Positions 1 through 14,605 of a DNA stretch of 64,000 nucleotides are shown here, in pieces. Numbering within the stretch: the first letter of the stretch is position 1; every line of letters begins with the position of its first letter. The stretch is from Cyanophora paradoxa CCMP329. Its lineage: Eukaryota > Plantae > Glaucophyta. Location: contig QPMI01000036.1 of the NCBI GenBank assembly GCA_004431415.1, positions 1-64,000 of the forward strand. Reading direction: 5' to 3'. The notes below the pieces were generated by a model. That model was not told the DNA's origin. It searched no databases and saw only the letters and a list, made by a program, of their open reading frames with translations. The position numbers were made by a program, and so were the translations under genes.

Positions 1-3000
1 CTAACCCTAACCCTAACCCTAACCCTAACCCTAACCCTAACCCTAACCCTAACCCTAACCCTAACCCTAACCCTAACCCTAACCCTAACCCTAACCCTAA
101 CCCTAACCCTAACCCTAACCCTAACCCTAACCCTAACCCTAACCCTAACCTAACCCTAACCCTAACCCTAACCCTAACCCTAACCCTAACCCTAACCCTA
201 ACCCTAACCCTAACCCTAACCCTAACCCTAACCCTAACCCTAACCCTAACCCTAACCCTAACCCTAACCCTAACCCTAACCCTAACCCTAACCCTAACCC
301 TAACCCTAACCCTAACCCTAACCCTAACCCTAACCCTAACCCTAACCCTAACCCTAACCCTAACCCTAACCCTAACCCTAACCCTAACCCTAACCCTAAC
401 CCTAACCCTAACCCTAACCCTAACCCTAACCCTAACCCTAACCCTAACCCTAACCCTAACCCTAACCCTAACCCTAACCCTAACCCTAACCCTAACCCTA
501 ACCCTAACCCTAACCCTAACCCTAACCCTAACCCTAACCCTAACCCTAACCCTAACCCTAACCCTAACCCTAACCCTAACCCTAACCCTAACCCTAACCC
601 TAACCCTAACCCTAACCCTAACCCTAACCCTAACCCTAACCCTAACCCTAACCCTAACCCTAACCCTAACCCTAACCCTAACCCTAACCCTAACCCTAAC
701 CCTAACCCTAACCCTAACCCTAACCCTAACCCTAACCCTAACCCTAACCCTAACCCTAACCCTAACCCTAACCCTAACCCTAACCCTAACCCTAACCCTA
801 ACCCTAACCCTAACCCTAACCCTAACCCTAACCCTAACCCTAACCCTAACCCTAACCCTAACCCTAACCCTAACCCTAACCCTAACCCTAACCCTAACCC
901 TAACCCTAACCCTAACCCTAACCCTAACCCTAACCCTAACCCTAACCCTAACCCTAACCCTAACCCTAACCCTAACCCTAACCCTAACCCTAACCCTAAC
1001 CCTAACCCTAACCCTAACCCTAACCCTAACCCTAACCCTAACCCTAACCCTAACCCTAACCCTAACCCTAACCCTAACCCTAACCCTAACCCTAACCCTA
1101 ACCCTAACCCTAACCCTAACCCTAACCCTAACCCTAACCCTAACCCTAACCCTAACCCTAACCCTAACCCTAACCCTAACCCTAACCCTAACCCTAACCC
1201 TAACCCTAACCCTAACCCTAACCCTAACCCTAACCCTAACCCTAACCCTAACCCTAACCCTAACCCTAACCCTAACCCTAACCCTAACCCTAACCCTAAC
1301 CCTAACCCTAACCCTAACCCTAACCCTAACCCTAACCCTAACCCTAACCCTAACCCTAACCCTAACCCTAACCCTAACCCTAACCCTAACCCTAACCCTA
1401 ACCCTAACCCTAACCCTAACCCTAACCCTAACCCTAACCCTAACCCTAACCCTAACCCTAACCCTAACCCTAACCCTAACCCTAACCCTAACCCTAACCC
1501 TAACCCTAACCCTAACCCTAACCCTAACCCTAACCCTAACCCTAACCCTAACCCTAACCCTAACCCTAACCCTAACCCTAACCCTAACCCTAACCCTAAC
1601 CCTAACCCTAACCCTAACCCTAACCCTAACCCTAACCCTAACCCTAACCCTAACCCTAACCCTAACCCTAACCCTAACCCTAACCCTAACCCTAACCCTA
1701 ACCCTAACCCTAACCCTAACCCTAACCCTAACCCTAACCCTAACCCTAACCCTAACCCTAACCCTAACCCTAACCCTAACCCTAACCCTAACCCTAACCC
1801 TAACCCTAACCCTAACCCTAACCCTAACCCTAACCCTAACCCTAACCCTAACCCTAACCCTAACCCTAACCCTAACCCTAACCCTAACCCTAACCCTAAC
1901 CCTAACCCTAACCCTAACCCTAACCCTAACCCTAACCCTAACCCTAACCCTAACCCTAACCCTAACCCTAACCCTAACCCTAACCCTAACCCTAACCCTA
2001 ACCCTAACCCTAACCCTAACCCTAACCCTAACCCTAACCCTAACCCTAACCCTAACCCTAACCCTAACCCTAACCCTAACCCTAACCCTAACCCTAACCC
2101 TAACCCTAACCCTAACCCTAACCCTAACCCTAACCCTAACCCTAACCCTAACCCTAACCCTAACCCTAACCCTAACCCTAACCCTAACCCTAACCCTAAC
2201 CCTAACCCTAACCCTAACCCTAACCCTAACCCTAACCCTAACCCTAACCCTAACCCTAACCCTAACCCTAACCCTAACCCTAACCCTAACCCTAACCCTA
2301 ACCCTAACCCTAACCCTAACCCTAACCTAACCCTAACCCTAACCCTAACCCTAACCCTAACCCTAACCCTAACCCTAACCCTAACCCTAACCCTAACCCT
2401 AACCCTAACCCTAACCTAACCCTAACCCTAACCCTAACCCTAACCCTAACCCTAACCCTAACCCTAACCCTAACCCTAACCCTAACCCTAACCCTAACCC
2501 TAACCCTAACCCTAACCCTAACCCTAACCCTAACCCTAACCCTAACCCTAACCCTAACCCTAACCCTAACCCTAACCCTAACCCTAACCCTAACCCTAAC
2601 CCTAACCCTAACCCTAACCCTAACCCTAACCCTAACCCTAACCCTAACCCTAACCCTAACCCTAACCCTAACCCTAACCCTAACCCTAACCCTAACCCTA
2701 ACCCTAACCCTAACCCTAACCCTAACCCTAACCCTAACCCTAACCCTAACCCTAACCCTAACCCTAACCCTAACCCTAACCCTAACCCTAACCCTAACCC
2801 TAACCCTAACCCTAACCCTAACCCTAACCCTAACCCTAACCCTAACCCTAACCCTAACCCTAACCCTAACCCTAACCCTAACCCTAACCCTAACCCTAAC
2901 CCTAACCCTAACCCTAACCCTAACCCTAACCCTAACCCTAACCCTAACCCTAACCCTAACCCTAACCCTAACCCTAACCCTAACCCTAACCCTAACCCTA

Positions 3001-4680
3001 ACCCTAACCCTAACCCTAACCCTAACCCTAACCCTAACCCTAACCCTAACCCTAACCCTAACCCTAACCCTAACCCTAACCCTAACCCTAACCCTAACCC
3101 TAACCCTAACCCTAACCCTAACCCTAACCCTAACCCTAACCCTAACCCTAACCCTAACCCTAACCCTAACCCTAACCCTAACCCTAACCCTAACCCTAAC
3201 CCTAACCCTAACCCTAACCCTAACCCTAACCCTAACCCTAACCCTAACCCTAACCCTAACCCTAACCCTAACCCTAACCCTAACCCTAACCCTAACCCTA
3301 ACCCTAACCCTAACCCTAACCCTAACCCTAACCCTAACCCTAACCCTAACCCTAACCCTAACCCTAACCCTAACCCTAACCCTAACCCTAACCCTAACCC
3401 TAACCCTAACCCTAACCCTAACCCTAACCCTAACCCTAACCCTAACCCTAACCCTAACCCTAACCCTAACCCTAACCCTAACCCTAACCCTAACCCTAAC
3501 CCTAACCCTAACCCTAACCCTAACCCTAACCCTAACCCTAACCCTAACCCTAACCCTAACCCTAACCCTAACCCTAACCCTAACCCTAACCCTAACCCTA
3601 ACCCTAACCCTAACCCTAACCCTAACCCTAACCCTAACCCTAACCCTAACCCTAACCCTAACCCTAACCCTAACCCTAACCCTAACCCTAACCCTAACCC
3701 TAACCCTAACCCTAACCCTAACCCTAACCCTAACCCTAACCCTAACCCTAACCCTAACCCTAACCCTAACCCTAACCCTAACCCTAACCCTAACCCTAAC
3801 CCTAACCCTAACCCTAACCCTAACCCTAACCCTAACCCTAACCCTAACCCTAACCCTAACCCTAACCCTAACCCTAACCCTAACCCTAACCCTAACCCTA
3901 ACCCTAACCCTAACCCTAACCCTAACCCTAACCCTAACCCTAACCCTAACCCTAACCCTAACCCTAACCCTAACCCTAACCCTAACCCTAACCCTAACCC
4001 TAACCCTAACCCTAACCCTAACCCTAACCCTAACCCTAACCCTAACCCTAACCCTAACCCTAACCCTAACCCTAACCCTAACCCTAACCCTAACCCTAAC
4101 CCTAACCCTAACCCTAACCCTAACCCTAACCCTAACCCTAACCCTAACCCTAACCCTAACCCTAACCCTAACCCTAACCCTAACCCTAACCCTAACCCTA
4201 ACCCTAACCCTAACCCTAACCCTAACCCTAACCCTAACCCTAACCCTAACCCTAACCCTAACCCTAACCCTAACCCTAACCCTAACCCTAACCCTAACCC
4301 TAACCCTAACCCTAACCCTAACCCTAACCCTAACCCTAACCCTAACCCTAACCCTAACCCTAACCCTAACCCTAACCCTAACCCTAACCCTAACCCTAAC
4401 CCTAACCCTAACCCTAACCCTAACCCTAACCCTAACCCTAACCCTAACCCTAACCCTAACCCTAACCCTAACCCTAACCCTAACCCTAACCCTAACCCTA
4501 ACACCTAACCCTAACCCTAACCCTACCCTAACCCTAACCCTAACCCTAAACCCTCTAACCCTAAACCCTAACCCTAACCTAACCCTAACCCTAACCTAAC
4601 CCTGAACCCTAACCCTAACCCTAACCCTAACCCTAACCTAACCCTAACCCTAACCTAACCTAACCCTAACCCTAACTAAC

Positions 4681-4721
<41 letters not shown>

Positions 4722-5699
4722 CCCTAACCCTAACCTAACCCTAACCCTAACCCTAACCCTAACCTAACCCTAACCTAACCTAACCCTAACCCTAACCTAA
4801 CTAACCCTAACCCTAACCCTAACCCTAACCCTAACCCTAACCCTAACCCTAACCCTAACCCTAACCCTAACCCTAACCCTAACCCTAACCCTACCTAACC
4901 CTAACCCTAACCCTAACCCTAACCTAACCCTAACCCTAACCCTAACCCTAACCCTAACCCTAACCCTAACCTAACCCTAACCCTAACCCTAACCCTAACC
5001 TAACTAACCTAACAACCTAACCTAACCCTAACCTAACCCTAACCTAACTAACCCTAACCTAACCCTAACCCTAACCTAACCCTAACCCTAACCCTAACCT
5101 AACCCTAACCCTAACCTAACCCTAACCCTAACCCTAACCCTAACCTAACTAACCCTAACCCTAACCCTAACCCTAACCCTAACCCTAACCTAACCCTAAC
5201 CTAACCTAACCTAACCTAACCCTAACCTAACCCTAACCCTAACCCTAACCTAACCCTAACCTAACCCTAACCCTAACCTAACCCTAACCCTAACCCTAAC
5301 CCTAACCCTAACAACCCTAACCCTAACCCTAACCCTAACCCTAACCCTAACCTAACCCTAACCTAACCCTAACCCTAACCCTAACCTAACCCTACCCTAA
5401 CCCTAACCTAACCTAACCCTAACCCTAACCCTAACCCTAACACCTAACCCTAACCCTAACCCTAACCCTAACCCTAACCCTAACCCTAACCCTAACCCTA
5501 ACCCTAACCAACCTAACCTAACCCTAACCCCCAACCCTAACCCCTAACCTAACCTAACCCTAACCCTAACCTAACCCTAACCTAACCCTAACCCTAACCC
5601 TAACCTAACCTAACGCCTAACCCTAACCCTAACCCTAACCCTAACCCTAACCCTAACCCTAACCCTAACCTAACCCTAACCCTAACCCTAACCCTAACC

Positions 5700-5736
<37 letters not shown>

Positions 5737-5916
5737 TAACCCTAACCCTAACCCTAACCCTAACCTAACCTACCCTAACCCTAACCCTAACCTACCCTAA
5801 CCCTAACCCTAACCCTAACCCTAACCCTAACCTAACCCTAACCCTAACCCTAACCTAACCCTAACCCTAACCCTAACCTACCTAACCCTAACCCTAACCC
5901 TAACCCTAACCCAACC

Positions 5917-5957
<41 letters not shown>

Positions 5958-7143
5958 CCCTAACCCTAACCCTAACCCTACCCTAACCCTAACCCTAACC
6001 CTAACCTAACCCTAACCCTAACCCTAACCCTAACCTACCTAACCCTAACCTAACCCTACCTAACCCTAACCCTAACCCTAACCCTAACCCTAACCCTAAC
6101 CCTAACCCTAACCCTAACCCTAACCTAACCCTAACCCTAACCCTAACCCTAACCCTAACCCTACCTAACCTAACCCTAACCCTAACCCTAACCTACCTAA
6201 CCCTAACCCTAACCCTAACCCTAACCTAACCTAACCCTAACCCTAACCCTAACCCTAACCCTAACCCTAACCCTAACCCTAACCTAACCCTAACCCTAAC
6301 CCTAACCCTAACCCTAACCCTAACCTAACCCTAACCCTAACCCTAACCCTAACCCTAACCCTAACCCTAACCCTAACCCTAACCCTAACCCTAACCTAAC
6401 CCTAACCCTAACCCTAACCCTAACCCTAACCCTAACCCTAACCCTAACCCTAACCTACCTAACCCTAACCTAACCCTAACCCTAACCCTAACCCTAACCC
6501 TAACCCTAACCCTAACCTAACCCTAACCCTAACCCTAACCCTAACCCTAACCTAACCCTAACCCTAACCTACTAACCCTAACCCTAACCCTAACCTAACC
6601 CTAACCCTAACCCTAACCCTAACCCTAACCCTAACCCTAACCCTAACCCTAACCCTAACCCTAACCCTAACCCTAACCCTAACCCTAACCCTAACCTAAC
6701 CCTAACCCTAACCCTAACCCTAACCCTAACCCTAACCCTAACCCTAACCCTAACCTAACCCTAACCCTAACCCTAACCCTAACCCTAACCCTAACCCTAA
6801 CCCTAACCCTAACCCTAACCCTAACCCTAACCCTACACCCTAACCCTACTAACCCTAACCTAACCCTAACCCTAACCCTAACCCTAACCCTAACCCTAAC
6901 CCTAACCCTAACCTAACCCTAACCCTAACCCTAACCCTAACCCTAACCCTAACCTAACCCTAACCCTAACACCTAACCCTAACCTAACCCTAACCCTAAC
7001 CCTAACCCTAACCCTAACCCTAACCCTAACCCTAACCCTAACCCTAACCTAACCCTAACCCTAACCCTAACCCTAACCCTAACCTAACCCTAACCCTAAC
7101 CCTAACCCTAACCCTAACCCTAACCCTAACCCTAACCCTAACC

Positions 7144-7180
<37 letters not shown>

Positions 7181-7343
7181 TAACCCTAACCCTAACCCTA
7201 ACCCTAACCCTAACCTAACCCTAACCCTAACCCTAACCCTAACCCTAACCCTAACCCTAACCCTAACCCTAACCCTAACCCTAACCCTAACCCTAACCCT
7301 AACCTAACCTAACCCTAACCTAACCCTAACCCTAACCCTAACC

Positions 7344-7384
<41 letters not shown>

Positions 7385-7894
7385 CCCTAACCCTAACCCT
7401 AACCCTAACCCTAACCCTAACCCTAACCCTAACCCTAACCCTAACCCTAACCCTAACCCTAACCCTAACCCTAACCCTAACCCTAAACCTAACCCTAACC
7501 CTACCTAACCTAACCCTAACCCTAACCCTACCTAACCCTAACCCTAACCCTAACCTAACCCTAACCTAACCCTAACCCTAACCCTAACCCTAACCCTAAC
7601 CCTAACCCTAACCCTAACCCTAACCCTAACCCTAACCCTACCTAACCCTAACCCTAACCCTAACCCTAACCCTAACCCTAACCTAACCCTAACCCTAACC
7701 CTAACCTAACCCTAACCCTAACCCTAACCCTAACCCTAACCCTAACCTAACCCTAACCCTAACCCTAACCCTAACCCTAACCCTAACCCTACCCTAACCC
7801 TAACCCTAACCCTAACCCTAACCCTAACCCTAACCCTAACCCTAACCCTAACCCTAACCTAACCCTAACCCTAACCCTAACCCTAACCCTAACC

Positions 7895-7935
<41 letters not shown>

Positions 7936-8162
7936 CCCTAACCCTAACCCTAACCCTAACCCTAACCCTAACCCTAACCCTAACCCTAACCCTAACCCTA
8001 ACCCTAACCCTAACCCTAACCCTAACCCTAACCCTAACCCTAACCTAACCCTAACCCTAACCCTAACCCTAACCCTAACCCTAACCCTAACCCTAACCCT
8101 AACCCTAACCCTAACCCTAACCCTAACCCTAACCCTAACCCTAACCCTAACCCTAACCCTAA
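1..8162. repeat. Telomeric repeat array (CCCTAA)n, i.e. TTAGGG on the - strand; left chromosome end
   Basis: Continuous CCCTAA hexamers from base 1 to 8162. Nearly perfect to ~4500, with many single-base indel variants at ~4500-7900. Confidence 0.99.
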
Positions 8163-8342
8163 GGAACGCTCTTTGTTCCACCTTCCTCTGTGTCTATCTG
8201 CCCACTCCCCACATCAACGCGGAAGAACTTTCCCGTTTCCTTTTCCTTTCTGTCTCAGTCCTTTCCGAAATTCCTACGCACCTCCGCGATCGCATTTGGA
8301 CCTGTTGCCCAATAGGACCTGTGTCAGCGTTTAGTTGGCCAC

Positions 8343-8452
8343 GTGAGGAGAACCGATTTTCCAGAAAGCCCCAGGGGGGCAGTTTTGTATTGGTTGAGAA
8401 GAGCCACATGATGAGACCGGAGCTCGAGCGCTGGCATGTGAGGAGAACCGAT
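8343..8452 (-). mobile_element. 80-bp insertion flanked by a 15-bp direct repeat (putative 5'-truncated retro-insertion)
   Basis: GTGAGGAGAACCGAT occurs at 8343-8357 and 8438-8452. The 80 bp between are absent from units 2-4, which have a single copy. Confidence 0.6.
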
Positions 8453-9735
8453 ATATACATCTCCAGTCATCAAGCATTCTAGCAACGTTAACCTTTCCGT
8501 TTCGGCTGCTGTCCACTGCAGACCCTTATCATTTCACTTCCCCCTTTGCCTGTTGCTGCCTTCGATGGAGGAATTGCAGAGGAGATAGGGAGTCAGGATG
8601 AATCTCAAAAATTAAGGCTGACTCGCACCATTGATCAGAAGCTGCTTTTCAGCATGCTGCTTGGCATTCATTGCTGTGACAAGCTCATCTTTATCTTTCC
8701 CCCTGTGGGTTACGCTTGAACTACGGCAACGCGCTTGAACTGAGCTCGAGGGGGGAGGGGGGGATGGCACTCTCTAGATCTAGGTTAACGTTCAATTTCG
8801 TGGCGACTGCGTGTGTGCACCGACGTGCACAGATTCTAAAGCTCTCCTCCAGCGCGTTTTTAGCATCCTCTCCGATGTCCACTGCCCCGATGCGCAACAT
8901 TAATTGGTCGGGCCAGGTCGGCTTCATGGGGGTTACAACCCTCCCCCGACCTTCGGTTGCTCGTGGTCCACTGCCCCGATGCGCAACATTAATTGGTCGG
9001 GCCAGGTCGGCTTCATGGGGGTTACAACCCTCCCCCGACCTTCGGTTGCTCGTGGTCATACCCAAGCCTTGCTGGGACTCGGCGAACCAGCCAACCAGGT
9101 ACAGCGGCACAGCGCTGCGCCTGCGCCTGTACGACGCGCCCCACGTCTCACTGCAACCTCGACGGGGCTCCAAGCGCTTTTTTGTGCGCGGAAGAACTGC
9201 CGTTCCCTTTTTCGCCGCGTAGCTCTGTAATCCTGCCACGCAGAGACTCAGAGCGGCCCTGATCATTTCACTTCGGCGCTTCCTGCCCCGGCGCCGGTTG
9301 CGGACGTGCTCTCCCTTCGCCCGGGGCTCTCGTCGTTCTGTGCGCGACCGCTCTTTACTGAAGACAGTCCTGGTGTGCGCCTCGAGGCTTGAAGTCTCAT
9401 TCTGCATCTTTCTTTCCAGCGCAGGCCTTGGCCGGCGTCGATTGCTGGCTGGCGCCTCGGGGTCCCTGCCGGTGATTGCGCGCGCAGGAATCGCCAGAGG
9501 AGATCAAGAGAATGCTTTTATCATCATGTGCGCGTGCGCGGTTGCGGGATCGCAGTCGTTGCCGCGGTTGAACCGGTTGTTGTTGCAGTACTCGCGGGGC
9601 GGCTGCTGCATCGTGCTTTGGCGCCTGCGGCGTCGCTTCTGCAGATGCCTCCGGCCCCCTCAGCGTTCGCGACTGCAGGTGATCCCGCTTTTCTTAGCCA
9701 CGCGTGCGGGCCGCTGGGCTTCTCGTGGCATCGAC

Positions 9736-10765
9736 ATGCTCCTGGCAGCCGGCTTCTCTTTCCGTGGCTCCGGCATCATTCCAGCCGGACTTCGACTGTC
9801 CGGACGGCCATCGAATGGTCGCCCGCTCGTCCCACGTCGCGCTATCCACGCAAGCCGAGTCGTTGGCCACACGCAAGCCGAAGGTTCAGCAGTGCTTCTG
9901 CGTTCTGGACGCCGCTTGATCGTGTGCGCAGCATCCAGCTATGTGCGCTTCATCGAACAAGCCATGTCGGAGTCTGACAAGCATAAACAGGCTGATGAAC
10001 TTGCCGTGGTGCGGCTTTCGCCTCACGGAATCGCTCGTCATTCTAAATGTGCATACAGGCCATCGCGCAAGCAGGCGAATTCGGTCAACGTCAAGTCCTG
10101 GAGGCTGTCAAAAGACTAGAAGAAAGGCTTGACACAAACGTCAAAAGCCTTGAAGAAAGGCTAGACACAAACGTCAAAAGCCTAGACAAAAGGCTGGACA
10201 CGAACAACACAAACGTCAAAAGCCTAGACACAAACGTCAAAAGCCTAGACAACAAACTCTGGGTGCAAACGTTACTGTTTCTCTTTGCTGAGAGGAGTTC
10301 CGAACTCTACGGCCAGGCAATTATCTCTCTTGTCGCCACAGCCTTTCTAGGGTGAGCATTTTTCTCGTTTCAGTCACCACCATATGAATGTCGTATGCAG
10401 AGTGCTGGGCCTCATCGTTGCGCTGCTTAGCACCATCCTGTCACGCAACGGTGCGAGTTGTGTTCAAATCTCAGATACATCTGCACATTCGTGAGTAACA
10501 CGCAATCTCATCAGGGTCTGCTCCGCCCTCTGGTCCCAGCATGGCTCCGCCTGCGGCCGCGGCTGCTGTGCCCGGAACCATGCCGTTGGCCTCTTATCCT
10601 GTGGCCTCGCCGCCATCCGCCTCTCCGACCACGACCTTGCCACTGGCGGCCTCACAGCCTGCGGCCCATCCACCCGCCTCCTCCATGCCCGCTGCTTCCC
10701 TGCCTGCGACCTCCTCGCCCGCCGTTGCACCTGCCCCGCCCACTCCGGCCACGCCCGTGCAGTAG
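9736..10765 (+). CDS. Subtelomeric repeat gene, copy 1: N-terminal targeting-like peptide, 11-residue coiled-coil repeats (LEERLDTNVKS), hydrophobic TM segment(s), Pro/Ala/Ser-rich tail
   Basis: Three GT-AG introns (~10009-10058, ~10352-10399, ~10451-10513) join ORF pieces in frame: ...ADELAV|AIAQAGEF...TAFLG|VLGLIVALLSTILSRN|GSAPPSGPSMAPPAAA...TPVQ*. The start codon is uncertain. Confidence 0.6.
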
Positions 10766-12184
10766 TGGCCTCCGGAACGCTCTTTGTTCCACCTTCCTCT
10801 GTGTCTATCTGCCCACTCCCCACATCAACGCGGAAGAACTTCCCCGTTTCCTTTTTCTTTCTGTCTCAGTCCTTTCCGAAATTCCTACGCGCCTCCGCGA
10901 TCGCATTTGGACCTGTTACCCAATAGGACCTGTGTCAGCGTTTAGTTGGCCACGTGAGGAGAACCGATATATACATCTCCAGTCATCAAGCATTCTAGCA
11001 ACCTTTCCGTTTCGGCTGCTGTCCACTGCAGACCCTTATCATTTCACTTCCCCCTTTGCCTGTTGCTGCCTTCGATGGAGGAATTGCAGAGGAGATAGGG
11101 AGTCAGGATGAATCTCAAAAATTGGATGAATCTCAAAAATTAAGGCTGACTCGCACCATTGATCAGAAGCTGCTTTTCAGCATGCTGCTTGGCATTCATT
11201 GCTGTGACAAGCTCATCTTTATCTTTCCCCCTGTGGGTTACGCTTGAACTACGGCAACGCGCTTGAACTGAGCTCGAGGGGGGAGGGGGGGATGGCACTC
11301 TCTAGGTTAACGTTCAATTTCGTGGCGACTGCGTGTGTGCACCGACCATCGGACGTGCACAGATTCTAAAGCTCTCCTCCAGCGCGTTTTTAGCATCCTC
11401 TCCGATGTCCACTGCCCGCGGCCCCGATGCGCAACATTAATTGGTCGGGCCAGGTCGGCTTCATGGGGGTTACAACCCTCCCCCGACCTTCGGTTGCTCG
11501 TGGTCATACCCAAGCCTTGCTGGGACTCGGCGAACCAGCCAACCAGGTACAGCGGCACAGCGCTGCGCCTGCGCCTGTACGACGCGCCCCACGTCTCACT
11601 GCAACCTCGACGGGGCTCCAAGCGCTTTTTTGTGCGCGGAAGAACTGCCGTTCCCTTTTTCGCCGCGTAGCTCTGTAATCCTGCCACGCAGAGACTCAGA
11701 GCGGCCCTGATCATTTCACTTCGGCGCTTCCTGCCCCGGCGCCGGTTGCGGACGTGCTCTCCCTTCGCCCGGGGCTCTCGTCGCTCTGTGCGCGACCGCT
11801 CTTTACTGAAGACAGTCCTGGTGTGCGCCTCGAGGCTTGAAGTCTCATTCTGCATCTTTCTTTCCAGCGCAGGCCTTGGCCGGCGTCGATTGCTGGCTGG
11901 CGCCTCGGGGTCCCCTGCCGGTGATTGCGCGCGCAGGAATCGCCAGAGGAGATCAAGAGAATGCTTTTATCATCATGTGCGCGTGCGCGGTTGCGGGATC
12001 GCAGTCGTTGCCGCGGTTGAACCGGTTGTTGTTGCAGTACTCGCGGGGCGGCTGCTGCATCGTGCTTTGGCGCCTGCGGCGTCGCTTCTGCAGATGCCTC
12101 CGGCCCCCTCAGCGTTCGCGACTGCAGGTGATCCCGCTTTTCTTAGCCACGCGTGCGGGCCGCTGGGCTTCTCGTGGCATCGAC

Positions 12185-13193
12185 ATGCTCCTGGCAGCCG
12201 GCTTCTCTTTCCGTGGCTCCGGCATCATTCCAGCCGGACTTCGACTGTCCGGACGGCCATCGAATGGTCGCCCGCTCGTCCCACGTCGCGCTATCCACGC
12301 AAGCCGAGTCGTTGGCCACACGCAAGCCGAAGGTTCAGCAGTGCTTCTGCGTTCTGGACGCCGCTTGATCGTGTGCGCAGCATCCAGCTATGTGCGCTTC
12401 ATCGAACAAGCCATGTCGGAGTCTGACAAGCATAAACAGGCTGATGAACTTGCCGTGGTGCGGCTTTCGCCTCACGGAATCGCTCGTCATTCTAAATGTG
12501 CATACAGGCCATCGCGCAAGCAGGCGAATTCGGTCAACGTCAAGTCCTGGAGGCTGTCAAAAGACTAGAAGAAAGGCTTGACACAAACGTCAAAAGCCTA
12601 GAAGAAAGGCTAGACACAAACGTCAAAAGCCTAGACAAAAGGCTGGACACGAACAACACAAACGTCAAAAGCCTAGACAACAAACTCTGGGTGCAAACGT
12701 TACTGTTTCTCTTTGCTGAGAGGAGTTCCGAACTCTACGGCCAGGCAATTATCTCTCTGGTCGCCACAGCCTTTCTAGGGTGAGCATTTTTCTCGTTTCA
12801 GTCACCACCATATGAATGTCGTATGCAGAGTGCTGGGCCTCATCGTTGCGCTGCTTAGCACCATCCTGTCACGCAACGGTGCGAGTTGTGTGCAAATCTC
12901 AGATACATCTGCACATTCGTGAGTAACACGCAATCTCATCAGGGTCTGCTCCGCCCTCTGGTCCCAGCATGGCTCCGCCTGCGGCCGCGGCTGCTGTGCC
13001 CGGAACCATGCCGTTGGCCTCTTATCCTGTGGCCTCGCCGCCATCCGCCTCTCCGACCACGACCTTGCCACTGGCGGCCTCACAGCCTGCGGCCCATCCA
13101 CCCGCCTCCTCCATGCCCGCTGCTTCCCTGCCTGCGACCTCCTCGCCCGCCGTTGCACCTGCCCCGCCCACTCCGGCCACGCCCGTGCAGTAG
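12185..13193 (+). CDS. Subtelomeric repeat gene, copy 2
   Basis: Same exon/intron structure as copy 1, with one 7-aa coiled-coil repeat fewer. Confidence 0.6.
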
Positions 13194-14605
13194 TGGCCTC
13201 CGGAACGCTCTTTGTTCCACCTTCCTCTGTGTCTATCTGCCCACTCCCCACATCAACGCGGAAGAACTTCCCCGTTTCCTTTTCCTTTCTGTCTCAGTCC
13301 TTTCCGAAATTCCTACGCACCTCCGCGATCGCATTTGGACCTGTTGCCCAACAGGACCTGTGTCAGCGTTTAGTTGGCCATGTGAGGAGAACCGATATAT
13401 ACATCTCCAGTCATCAAGCATTCTAGCAACCTTTCCGTTTCGGCTGCTGTCCACTGCAGACCCTTATCATTTCACTTCCCCCTTTGCCTGTTGCTGCCTT
13501 CGATGGAGGAATTGCAGAGGAGATAGGGAGTCAGGATGAATCTCAAAAATTGGATGAATCTCAAAAATTAAGGCTGACTCGCACCATTGATCAGAAGCTG
13601 CTTTTCAGCATGCTGCTTGGCATTCATTGCTGTGACAAGCTCATCTTTATCTTTCCCCCTGTGGGTTACGCTTGAACTACGGCAACGCGCTTGAACTGAG
13701 CTCGAGGGGGGAGGGGGGGATGGCACTCTCTAGGTTAACGTTCAATTTCGTGGCGACTGCGTGTGTGCACCGACGTGCACAGATTCTAAAGCTCTCCGGA
13801 TCCTCCAGCGCGTTTTTAGCATCCTCTCCGATGTCCACTGCCCCGATGCGCAACATTAATTGGTCGGGCCAGGTCGGCTTCATGCATGGGGGTTACAACC
13901 CTCCCCCGACCCGGTTGCTCGTGGTCATACCCAAGCCTTGCTGGGACTCGGCGAACCAGCCAACCAGGTACAGCGGCACAGCGCTGCGCCTGCGCCTGTA
14001 CGACGCGCCCCACGTCTCACTGCAACCTCGACGGGGCTCCAAGCGCTTTTTTGTGCGCGGAAGAACTGCCGTTCCCTTTTTCGCCGCGTAGCTCTGTAAT
14101 CCTGCCACGCAGAGACTCAGAGCGGCCCTGATCATTTCACTTCGGCGCTTCCTGCCCCGGCGCCGGTTGCGGACGTGCTCTCCCTTCGCCCGGGGCTCTC
14201 GTCGTTCTGTGCGCGACCGCTCTTTACTGAAGACAGTCCTGGTGTGCGCCTCGAGGCTTGAAGTCTCATTCTGCATCTTTCTTTCCAGCGCAGGCCTTGG
14301 CCGGCGTCGATTGCTGGCTGGCGCCTCGGGGTCCCCTGCCGGTGATTGCGCGCGCAGGAATCGCCAGAGGAGATCAAGAGAATGCTTTTATCATCATGTG
14401 CGCGTGCGCGGTTGCGGGATCGCAGTCGTTGCCGCGGTTGAACCGGTTGTTGTTGCAGTACTCGCGGGGCGGCTGCTGCATCGTGCTTTGGCGCCTGCGG
14501 CGTCGCTTCTGCAGATGCCTCCGGCCCCCTCAGCGTTCGCGACTGCAGGTGATCCCGCTTTTCTTAGCCACGCGTGCGGGCCGCTGGGCTTCTCGTGGCA
14601 TCGAC

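Noticed and set aside
4500-7900. Block of degenerate telomere repeats as a biological variant-repeat zone
   Set aside because: The variants are mostly single-base homopolymer indels that start abruptly at ~4500, typical of low-coverage long-read error. They cannot be distinguished from real variants without reads.
2411-8181. Long (LG)n and (RV)n ORFs
   Set aside because: They are simply translations of TTAGGG repeats, with no coding evidence.
10120-10255. Short direct repeats (GACACAAACGTCAAAAGCCT) resembling a CRISPR array
   Set aside because: They are in-frame coding repeats of a coiled coil. There are no unique spacers or cas genes, and the context is eukaryotic.
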